From assembly GCF_009914755.1 (NCBI RefSeq), contig NC_060929.1: DNA of 64,000 bases. One strand, given 5' to 3'. The notes under the pieces were generated by a model. The model did no database searches. It was not told the origin of the DNA and worked only from the letters and a program-made list of their open reading frames with translations. The position numbers and the translations under genes were made by a program. Position 1 is the stretch's first letter; the number at the start of each line of letters is the position of its first letter. Shown piece after piece: positions 42,875 through 57,499 of the stretch. Origin of the DNA: the human T2T-CHM13v2.0 reference genome, Homo sapiens.

Positions 42875-43083
42875 CACCCCCCCCAACCCCACCTCCATCA
42901 CAGCACCCATCACCCCCCACCCCACCTCCATCACAGCACACATCACCCCCCACCCCACCTCCATCACAGCACCCATCACCCCCCCCACCCCACCTCCATC
43001 ACAGCACGCATCACCCCCCCACCCCACCTCCATCACAGCACCCATCACCCCCTCACCCCACCTCCATCACAGCATGCATCACA
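42875..43083. repeat. Minisatellite, about 6 copies of a 33-35 bp unit
   Basis: Unit CA(C)nACCCCACCTCCATCACAGCACCCAT with a variable C-run. Confidence 0.92.
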
Positions 43084-43434
43084 TTGGAAAGTACTTGCTG
43101 ATTTCCCTGTCTGTCTGTGTTGCCACGTTGGAGAAAGGTCTCCTTGTGATCAGAACAAGCTTACTCACCTGGCTATTATAATTCCGGGGCCTAACATTTG
43201 TATATGTTAACATATAAATACATATATAATTTGGTTCGTACATGAGAATATATATTATATTTATATAGCAGTTATGGAGAACATAAATTTTGATAAAATA
43301 ATTTTGCAAAATTGTTTTAGTCTTAATTTTACAGCTTCAGCATTGTAACTCATTGGACAAAGAACCATAATTTTTTTGTTCTTGTTGAAGAAACTGAAAT
43401 AGGGAGAGGGAATGCCATTCCATTCCATTTTCTC

Positions 43435-43900
43435 ATTAGTCACAACTAATAAATGGACAGAAACCCAGTTTAACCGAGGTGACAGGATTTATTGGTTCTG
43501 GTATTTGGAAGTGCAGGCAGTATCTTAGCCTCAGGAATGGCTGGATCATGGTGGCTCTCTCCACTTCTCAGCTCTGTTTTCCTCTAGGCTGACTTTATTT
43601 AGATTCAGGTTTACGTCACTGATGCTTCAGGAATCTCCAGTCTACAAAAGAGAAGTTTTCCAACAGCTGCAACATAAGTCCCAGAACTGAGTCCCCATGG
43701 TCTGTCTTGGGTCATGTCTCCATCCATGAACCTCTGTCACTATGGACAGAGGCTGACCAGACAGGCTTGGGCTCAGCCCTGGAGTTTGAGACAGCATTGG
43801 AGACACCCAAACACCCTGGATAAGTGCCAGAGAGTTACAGCTCTCCAAAAGCACACACCGTGCTGTCACCAGGGCAGGGAATGGTCGCTGGGCGGCAGAA
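43435..43900 (-). mobile_element. Old MLT1 LTR
   Basis: acagaaacccagttt...gggtcatgtctccatccatgaacc resembles antisense MLT1J/K. Confidence 0.45.
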
Positions 43901-45065
43901 CAACATGTGATCAAAGCAGAGTGGTGATAGAGCCAAGAGTGGAATTGATGGCTTTCTGCGAGACAGAACTTTCAAAGCACTTGAGGTGGTGGAGGAGAGA
44001 GGCCAGGTTTCCAGCCTGAGCCTGGTCAGGAGCAGTGAGAACTGAAGGAAGGGAGGGAGTCTGAAGATAACCAGGAGGGACCTGGGAGGGACAGAGCAGT
44101 GGTCAGGCTATGACCAGTAGGGAGGTAGGACAGAGGGGGAGGCAAGCAAGATGGCCAATTGCCATCCAGATAGGATAGGTGGCATGAAGACCAGCCTTTG
44201 AGTGTGACTCTCATGCATGAGGCACTACCCTAAAAGCCAATTCTTTTCCTTCTTCCTTCATTAAAATCCTGGAATACCATCCCCTAGATTAAGGAACCTT
44301 CCTTATCCTCTTTGTTCATCCTAAAAGAGCCTGGTCTATAGAATCTGTCTCCTAACAGTCAACTAGTATTATTTTAGTACTATGATTAATCTCCTGATTG
44401 AGTAAAAAGAACAGAGAATTTGCAATCTATGAGATCTTGTCAAATCCCTGCCCCACCACTTGGCAGTCGTGTGAACTTGAGCAGGTCACTTCCCCCTCTG
44501 AGCTTCATCATTTTTGTAACGCATGTCAGCCGCTGGCCAAGAACCTGAATACAGCAAGCACTCAACTCCTGTTAGCAACTGTGACTGTAATTTTTGGTGC
44601 TGTAAAGTTTTATAGGTCTAAGAAAGCCCAGTAACAAGTTCTTCATAGCAAAGTCATCATTAAATCCAGCCGGACAGGCCCCAAATGAGTCTGCAACATG
44701 TGGAATTTTTCATTATGAAGCAAACACTCCCCCTTTCTGAGGATCAGCGTTAAACCAGGGATTTTTTTTTCCTCACCACCATTAGACTCTGCTCAAGATT
44801 CCCAAAGGAGAGCAGTACTTAGAGAATTCATTTTTAATCATCTGAGCCTCACAAGAAAAAGTTCTGTCTTATTCAAATATGGCATAACAGAAATGAGGGC
44901 AGGAGCAGAGGGAAAGGTAGGGTTGCTGGATTTAAACTTGAACTGTGGACTCTGCTTTTAGAAGAAAACTCCATAGCTTTCTGGTTCTCACACTGTACAG
45001 ATGCACCTTCTACCAAATGAGCTTGCACTGCATTCATTACTCATCCACTCAGCTATTCCTCTTTC

Positions 45066-45631
45066 TTTTTTTTTTATTATTATACTTTAAGTTCTAGGGT
45101 ACATGTGCACAACATGCAGGTTTGTTACATACGTATGCATGTGCCATGTTGGTGTGCTGCACCCATTAACTCGTCATTTACATTAGGTATTTCACCTAAT
45201 GCTATCCCTCCCCCCTCCCCCCACCCCACAACAGGCCCTGGTGTGTGATGTTCCCCGCCATGTGTCCAAGTGTTCTCGTTGTTCAATTCCCACCTGTGAG
45301 TGAGAACATGCGGTGTTTGGTTTTCTGTACTTGCGATAGTTTGCTCAGAATGATGGTTTCCAGCTTCATCCATGTCCCTACAAAGGATGTGAATTCATCC
45401 TTTTTTATGGCTGCATAGTATTCCATGATGTATATGTGCCACATTTTCTTAATCCAGTCTATCACTGATGGACATTTGGGTTGGTTCCAAGTCTTTGCTA
45501 TTGTGACTAGTGCTGCAATAAACATACATGTGCATGTCTCTTTACAGTAGCATGATTCATAATTCTTTGGGTATATACCTAGTAATGGGATGGCTGGGTC
45601 AAATGGTATTTCTAGTTCTAGATCCTTGAGG
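45066..45631 (-). mobile_element. L1PA6/7-like 3' fragment
   Basis: Antisense L1 3' end; perfect 15-bp TSD agctattcctctttc at 45051 and 45632. Confidence 0.93.
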
Positions 45632-45658
45632 AGCTATTCCTCTTTCAACACTTACTGA

Positions 45659-45862
<204 letters not shown>

Positions 45863-45883
45863 TAAGTAGCTCATAATTTACAG

Positions 45884-46160
45884 CCAGGGTTCACAAACTG
45901 TTTCAAAGAAAGGCTATGTGTAAATATTTTAGGCTTTACAGGTAATAACATTTCTGTTGCCACTATTCGAGCAGGTCCTTGAATAGTTGGGGATATATTT
46001 TTGGAGCCTTTGAGACCTATTGGAGGACAGGAGCAATGTAGGATGATGCCTCCTAGATGTCTGTCCCAAGCAACTGGATGGTGCCTGCTGAGGCTGTCCC
46101 AAGGCAGAAGCTCATCTGCGTCAGTGCTTCTCAGACTTTCAAAGAAATTGTCAACCCCCA
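45884..46160. mobile_element. MER58-like hAT-Charlie element
   Basis: cagggttcacaaact...gtaaatattttaggcttt, shared with the 8258 element. Confidence 0.5.
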
Positions 46161-47139
46161 AGTAGGAGCCTTTTCAGACATTATTTTCTTAATTGTGCAC
46201 CCATACAATTGTAATACCACAGAAGTGATATATCTTTTTATGCACCAATGCCTATCTGTGCTTTATGCATAAAGAACGTGAGAGGGGCTTTTGCCCTCCC
46301 CTGCCCAAGAACCAATATTTGCTCCCTGGGGAAAGCTATCACCCCACTGAGAATGCATAGTCTAGCTCTGGGAGAGGTGGTTCCCTCTCCACCTATTTCA
46401 AGCCTTTTGTCTGAGCACTGCCTCTTCCTCAGTCATGACAGGTGGAATCACTGGGCTTTTGGGGAAACCCCTAAACCTCCAGAGAAAGACCATCTTAGAA
46501 CACAGCATGCAACACCAACCTTCCTCTTCTTTGGGGGATTTTGCATGTCTCAAGGCTTCTGGGATGACTTTGCCCCAAATGTTCACATGGTCTGAGACCC
46601 ACAGTCACAGGTGATAAAGGGACATTCACACCCTTTATCACCCCAACTCCTCTTAGGAAGGGGAAGATCATTGTATGGGGAAAATACCTTAAGAAGTGCT
46701 TTGGGTAGAAGGTGAGACCCTTGGTGTGCGTGTTCCTGGAGAGGGATGGAAAAGAGAGGCTGGGGCAGAGCCAGCGGGACGGGAGCCCACACGGGACACA
46801 CTGAGACTTCCTGTCAACCTGCAAATCTTCAAGAAATTCAACACACACACCCAAGTGTTCCACTGGCATATATTTCTGGTGGGAAAAAAAAGTGAGAGGG
46901 CTGAGATTTGCATGGGTGAGGGGAGCAAAGGAAGGTGAATACACAAAGGAGCAGCAGGTGGACCCCAGGCAGGTGAGTCTAGGAACAGAGAAACTTGGGA
47001 GACATCGTGCATCCCGGACAACACTACAGGGAGAAGGAGAAAATCCCACCCAAGTCTCACAGTCCATGGAGGCCCAGGAAGATGGCCGGGGTTTGGTTTT
47101 TGTATCCGCTCCCGTGAGAGTGCAAGCCATGGAAGACCC

Positions 47140-47520
47140 GTCAAAAAGTTAAACAACCAGGAGGTATTCGCTCAAGAATGCAAGGCCCAGAGGTGAAGCG
47201 TCTCAGGATTGGTTCATTCACCAGCTGAACATCCTTATCCTCTAAGGCTCCGGTGCCTTCCGTCTTCCCCCACCCCGACCATCCTCAGCACATGGGCCGT
47301 GTCTCCCCCCATGGTTCCCACTGGCTGCCACATTTACAGCCACATCCAGAGGTGGAAAAGTGGTGAATCACTATTCTAAAAAAAAGTAGTGAATCACTAT
47401 TCTATAAAACTTTTTAAGAGTGAGGAAAACTTCCCCAGAATCCCACCCCAACCCCTCAGCCCCCAGCACACTGCTCAGCAATAAGTGGTCTATCACAGGT
47501 CCTTGGCCACAGCAACCAGA
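47140..47520 (-). mobile_element. Old MLT1 LTR (target site of the full-length L1)
   Basis: ccatcctcagca...atggtt...ggctgcc...gaggaaaacttccccagaa motifs; contains a 23-bp tandem duplication aaaagtRgtgaatcactattcta. Confidence 0.45.
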
Positions 47521-47859
47521 GGCCAAAAGAATGAAATTAAGGGGGAGGAGCCAAGATGGCTGAATAGGAACAGCTCTGGTCTACAGCTCCCAGCGTGAGA
47601 GACGCAAAGACGGGTGATTTCTGCATTTCCATCTGAGGTACCGGGTTCATCTCACTAGGGAGTGCCAGACAGTGGGTGCAGGTCAGTGGGTGCGCGCACC
47701 GTGCGCGAGCCGAAGCAGGGCGAGGCATTGCCTCACTCGGGAAGCGCAAGGGGTCAGGGAGTTCCCTTTCCGAGTCAAAGAAAGGGGTGAGGGACAGCAC
47801 CTGGAAAATCGGGTCACTCCCACCCGAATACTGCGCTTTTCCGACGGGCTTAAAAAACG

Positions 47860-47991
47860 TCACACCACAAGATTATATCCAGCACCTGGCTGGGAGGGTC
47901 CTACGCCCACGGAGTCTCGCTGATTGCTAGCACAGCAGTCTGAGATCAAACTGCAAGGCGGCAGCGAGGCTGGGGGAGGGGAGCCCGCCAT
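47860..47991 (-). pseudogene. L1 ORF0, truncated to 43 aa
   Basis: MAGSPPPASLPPCSLISDCCASNQRDSVGVGPSQPGAGYNLVV then a premature TGA; canonical ORF0 is 71 aa. Confidence 0.85.
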
Positions 47992-48446
47992 TGCCCAGAC
48001 TTGATTAGGTAAACAAAGCAGCCGGGAAGCTCGAACTGGGTGGAGCCCACCACAGCTCAAGGAGGCCTGCCTGCCTCTGTAGGCTCCACCTCTGGGGGCA
48101 GGGCACAGACAAACAAAAAGACAGCAGTAACCTCTGCAGACTTAAATGTCCCTGTCTGACAGCTTTGAAGAGAGCAGTGGTTCTCCCAGCACACAGCTGG
48201 AGATCTGAGAACGGGCAGACTGCCTCCTCAAGTGGGTCCCTGACCCCTGAGCCCCGGGCAGCCTAACTGGGAGGCACCCCCCAGCAGGGGCACACTGACA
48301 CCTCACACGGCAGGGTATTCCAACAGACCTGCAGCTGAGGGTCCTGTCTGTTAGAAGGAAAGCTAACAAACAGAAAGGACATCCACACCAAAAACCCGTC
48401 TGTACATCACCATCATCAAAGACCAAAAGTAGATAAAACCACAAAG

Positions 48447-49463
48447 ATGGGGAAAATACAGAACAGAAAAACTGGAAACTCTAAAAAGCAGAGCGCCTCT
48501 CCTCCTCCAAAGGAACGCAGTTCCTCACCAGCAACGGAACAAAGCTGGATGGAGAATGACTTTGACGAGCTGAGAGAAGAAGGCTTCAGACGATCAAATT
48601 ACTCTGAGCTACAGGAGGACATTCAAACCAAAGGGAAAGAAGTTGAAAACTTTGAAAAAAATTTAGAAGAATGTATAACTAGAATAACCAATACAGAGAA
48701 GTGCTTAAAGGAGCTGATGGAGCTGAAAACCAAGGCTCGAGAACTACGTGAAGAATGCAGAAGCCTCAGGAGCTGATGCGATCAACTGGAAGAAAGAGTA
48801 TCAGCAATGGAAGATGAAATGAATGAAATGAAGTGAGAAGGGAAGTTTAGAGAAAAAAGAATAAAAAGAAATGAGCAAAGCCTCCAAGAAATATGGGACT
48901 ATGTGAAAAGACCAAATCTACGTCTGATTGGTGTACCTGAAAGTGATGAGGAGAATGGAACCAAGTTGGAAAACACGCTGAAGGATATTATCCAGGAGAA
49001 CTTCCCCAATCTAGCAAGGCAGGCCAACGTTCAGATTCAGGAAATACAGAGAACGCCACAAAGATACTCCTCGAGAAGAGCAACTCCAAGACACATAATT
49101 GTCAGATTCACCAAAGTTGAAATGAAGGAAAAAATGTTAAGGGCAGCCAGAGAGAAAGGTTGGATTACCCTCAAAGGGAAGCCCATCAGACTAACAGCGG
49201 ATCTCTTGGCAGAAACCCTACAAGCCAGAAGAGAGTGGGGGCCAATATTTAACATTCTTAAAGAAAAGAATTTTCAACCCAGAATTTCATATCCAGCCAA
49301 ACTAAGCTTCATAAGCGAAAGAGAAATAAAATACTTTACAGACAAGCAAATGCTGAGAGATTTTGTCACCACCAGGCCTGCTCTAAAAGAGCTCCTGAAG
49401 GAAGTGCTAAATATGGAAAGGAACAACCGGTACCAGCCACTGCAAAATCATGCCAAAATGTAA
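48447..49463 (+). pseudogene. L1 ORF1p (disrupted)
   Basis: MGKIQNRKTG...QNHAKM with CGA>TGA stops at codons 110 (48774) and 130 (48834). Confidence 0.95.
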
Positions 49464-49526
49464 AGGCCATCGAGACTAGGAAGAAACTGCATCAACTAAT
49501 GAGCAAAATAACCAGCTAACATCATA

Positions 49527-53354
<3,828 letters not shown>

Positions 53355-53597
53355 ACAATGAGATCACATGGACACAGGAAGGGGAATATCACACTCTGGG
53401 GACTGTTGTGGGGTTGGGGGAGGGGAGAGGGATAGCATTGGGAGATATACCTAACGCTAGATGATGAGTTAGTGGGTGCAGCGCACCAGCATGGCACATG
53501 TATACATATGTAACTAACCTGCACAATGTGCACATGTACCCTAAAACTTAAAGTATAATAAAAAAAAAAAGAATGAAATTAAGATGATTGGCTAAAC

Positions 53598-53781
53598 CAG
53601 CGACTCCCAAAATGTGGCCCCTGCATCAGTAACATCAGCACCACTTGGGAATTATTAGAAATGCAAATTATTGAGCTTCATCTCAGCCAATAAAATCAGA
53701 AACTCTGAGGGCGGGGCCCTGCAGTCTATGGCTTAATGGGCCCTCCAGGTGATCCTGATGCAACCAGAAGTTTAGAACCAG
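53598..53781. mobile_element. MER5A
   Basis: catcagcaccacttgggaattattagaaatgcaaatt...ccctccaggtgatcctgatgc. Confidence 0.8.
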
Positions 53782-53816
53782 CCAAGTAGCTTAGATTAAT
53801 AAACTTGCATTTCTGG

Positions 53817-54249
53817 TGCTATGGTTTGGATGCATGTCCCTCCAAATCTTATGCTGGAATTTTATCCCCAGTTTTGGAGATGGGGCCTTGTGGAAGATGT
53901 TTGGCTCATAGGGATGGAGCCCTCATGAATGTCTTGGTCTCATCCTCATGGTTATGAGTGAATTCTCAATTCTCACTCTGTTAGTTCCCCCCAAGAGCTG
54001 ATTGTTTAAGAGACCTGACACCTTCCCATTCTCTTTTGTTTCCTCTCTCACCATGTGATCATTGCACACCTTGGCTCTCCTTCACCTTCCAACGTGAGTG
54101 AAAGCTTCCTGAAGCCCTCACCAGAAGCAGATGCAGGAGCCATGCTTCTTGTACAGCCTGCAGAACTGTGAGTCAAATAAACCTCTTTTCTTTATAAATT
54201 ACCCAGCCTCTTAGGTATTACTTTATAACAACACAAATGAACTAAGACA
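53817..54249 (+). mobile_element. MSTB-like MaLR solo LTR
   Basis: tgctatggtttgga...aataaacctcttttctttataaattacccag...actaagaca; TSD tctgg/tctga. Confidence 0.85.
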
Positions 54250-54571
54250 TCTGAGCTGGAGAGGATGGCAGCATAGGAAGAACCTACTGGTTGCCTGTCC
54301 TGAAGGTGGCTACCTATGCATGAGAGAGGTGAACTGGAGAGAGCTGGTGGTATGGAGAGGGGCCCAAGTGAAGCCCACACTCTCCCTGCTTGGCTGGACA
54401 AGAATGAGTGTGTTCTTGGGTCAAGTGGACTCATGAGAATGCCTGGGCTGAAACCATCTTGAAAGGACCCATACTCAAAGGAAAGACATTGGCCCCATGT
54501 CCAAAGATTAGCAACTACATGTATATTGACATGGTATTAAATAAAATGAAATGTTTAAGATACATTTGTAG

Positions 54572-54868
<297 letters not shown>

Positions 54869-54971
54869 AAAAAGATACATTTTTATAGGTACTACTTTGA
54901 ATAAGGAAGGAAACTTAGATACTTCTCTCTCAGTAACAGAACAAAAAATGCACAAAAAAAGGCATAAAGAT

Positions 54972-55390
54972 TGTATTAGAGTTCTTCGGGGAAACAGAAC
55001 CACATAATATATATAGAGACATATGAAAAGAGATTTATTATGGGAGATTGGCTCATGCAATTATAAGGCTCAAGATCTGTCAGGTCCAAGTCCGGAGAAC
55101 CAGGTCTGAGAACCAGGAATGCTGACATTCAAAGGCAGGAGGAGATGGATGTCCCAGTTCTGACAGGGAGAGAAAACTCACTCTCCCTCCCCTTTTTGTT
55201 CTATTTTGGCCCTCAGCACATTGGATGATGTCCACCCGCATTAGTGAGGGTGATCTTCTTTACTGTGTCTATGGAGTCAAATGCTAATCTCCTCCAGGAA
55301 CACTATCACAGGCACATCAGAAATAGCGTTTTGCCAGCTATCTGGGCATCCCTTAGCCCAGTCAAGTTGGCACATAAAATTAACCGTCCT
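54972..55390 (-). mobile_element. MLT2 ERVL LTR
   Basis: tgtattagagttct...ccagtcaagttggcacataaaattaacc; TSD aagat. Confidence 0.8.
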
Positions 55391-55795
55391 GAAGATATAG
55401 ACTGTCTAAACAACACAACTAACAAATTTGATGCAGTTTACATATATAGAACACTATACCCAACCATGGAAAATTCATGCTTTTTAAGTACACATTGATT
55501 ATTTACCAAGACTAGCCATATACTGGGCCATAAAGCAAATCTCCACAAATTCTAAACGACTAAAATTATTCTGAGTATGTTCTCTAACAACAATGAAATT
55601 AAGCTAGCTATCAATAACAACACAATTTTTTAACCAGAATATTTGGACATTAAGCAACATGCTTCCAAAAAACCTATTGGTCAAGGAATAATTCAAAAAT
55701 AGACATTAGAAATTATCTTGGACTCAATGGTAATGAAACTATTACATGCTGGTGGGTCACAGCTAAAACTGTGCTCAGAAGGAAATGTGTAACTT
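55391..55795 (+). mobile_element. Old L1M ORF2 endonuclease fragment
   Basis: catatatagaacactataccca...ccatatactgggccataaa. Confidence 0.7.
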
Positions 55796-55799
55796 TAAT

Positions 55800-57030
55800 T
55801 CTTTAACTTTTATTTTAAGTTCAAACATACATGTTCAGGTTTCTTACACAGGTAAACTTGTTTCATGGCAGGGATGTTGTACATATTATTTCATCATCTA
55901 GATATTAAGCCTAGTACCCATTAATTATTTTTCCTGATCCTCTCCCTCCTCCCACCGTCCACCCTCCGATAGGCCCCAGTGTGTGTTGTTCCCCTCTATG
56001 TGTCCATGTGTTCTCATCATTTAGCTCCCACTTACAAGTGAGAACATATGGTATTTGGTTTTCTGTTTCTGTGTTAGTTTGCTAAGGATAATGGCCTCCA
56101 GCTCCATCCATGTCCCTGGAAAGGACATTATCTCATTCTTTTTATGGCTGCATAGTATCCCATGGTATGTGTGTGCCACATTTTCTTTATCCAGCCTGTC
56201 ACTGATGGGCATTTAGGTTGATTCCATGTCTTTGCTATTGTGAGTAGTGTTGCAATGAATATACATGTGCATTTGCAATGAACATACATGTGCATTTTAA
56301 TAGAACGATTTGGAATTGCTGAGTCAAATGGTATTTCTGTCTTTAGGTCTTTGAGAAATCACCGCATTGTCTCCCACAATGGTTGAACAAATTTACACTC
56401 CCACCAACAGTACATAAGCGTTCTTTTTTCTCCACAACCTTGCCAGCATCTGTTATTTTTTTTTTTTTTACTTTTTAATAACAGCCATTCTGATTGGTGT
56501 GAGATGGTATCTCATTGTTGTTTTGACTTGCATTTCTCTCATAATCAGTGATGTTGAGCTTTTTTTTCTTTTTTTGTTTTTTTTGACAGAATCTCACTGT
56601 GTCACCCAGGCTAGAGTGCAGTGGCATGATCTTGGCTCACTGCAACCTGCAACTCCTGGGTTCAAGGGATTCTCATGCCTCAGCCCCCCCAAGTAGCTGG
56701 GATTACAAGTGCACATCACCACACCCAGCTAATTTTTTGAATTTTTAGTAGAGACGGTGTTTCGCTATATGGGCCAGACTGGTCTCAAACTCCTGTCCTC
56801 GAGGGATCTGCCCACCTCGGGAGCTATTTTTTTTTATATGATTGTTGGCTGCACATATGTCTTCTTTTGAAAAGTGTCTGTTCATATCCTTTGCCCACTT
56901 TTTTATGGGTTTTTTTTTAAGTTTATTATAGATGCCCTATATTAGACCTTTGTCAATGCATAGTTTGCAGAAATTTTCTCCCATTCTATATATAGTCTGT
57001 TTACTCCGTTGATGGTTTCTTTTGCTGTGC
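55800..57030 (-). mobile_element. L1PA (old, PA12-16-like) 3' fragment
   Basis: Antisense 3'UTR and ORF2 end; contains an Alu and a 23-bp tandem duplication at about 56250-56295. Confidence 0.85.
56560..56820 (-). mobile_element. Alu (5'-truncated)
   Basis: Antisense Alu ending cccacctcgg; TSD gagct followed by a T-run. Confidence 0.85.
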
Positions 57031-57035
57031 TGCAC

Positions 57036-57327
57036 TTTTTTTTTTTTTTTTTTTGAGATGGAGACTCACTCTGTCACCCAGCTGGAGTGCAGTGGCATGA
57101 TCTTGGCTCACTGCACCTCTGCCTCCTGGGTTCAAGCAATTTTCCTGCTTCAGCCTCCCAGGTAGCTGGGATTACAGGCACAGGCCACAATGCCACAAAA
57201 AAAATGCTTATTTTTGTATTTTTAGTAGAGAAAGGGTTTCACCATGTTGGACAAGCTGGTCGTGAACTCCTGACCTCAAGTAATCCACCCGTCTTGACCT
57301 CCCAAAGTGCTGGGATTACAGGCGTGA
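57036..57327 (-). mobile_element. AluSz/Sx
   Basis: Antisense Alu with gacctcaagt. Confidence 0.88.
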
Positions 57328-57499
57328 TTTTTAGAATTTTCTATTGACATTCATAAGTGACAGTGGTCTGTAGTTTTTTGTTCATCTCTATCTTTATCAG
57401 GTTTTATTAAAGTTAATCTCATTATGTAAAAGAAATTGGAAAAATATGTTCCTTTTCTTTTGCTCCAGATAAATTTAAACAAAATTAGAATTATCAGTT

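Noticed and set aside
42788-43048. Repetitive ORF (VMEVGWG)n, and the array as a possible CRISPR
   Set aside because: It is a tandem minisatellite with no unique spacers, in eukaryotic DNA with no cas genes
43201-43216. Perfect palindrome TATATGTTAACATATA
   Set aside because: Lies in TA-rich low-complexity sequence where palindromes are expected
46495-47156. 211-aa and 155-aa minus-strand ORFs, the longest non-TE ORFs
   Set aside because: Ser/Pro/Leu/Cys-rich, no protein-family motif, several overlapping frames open; treated as spurious
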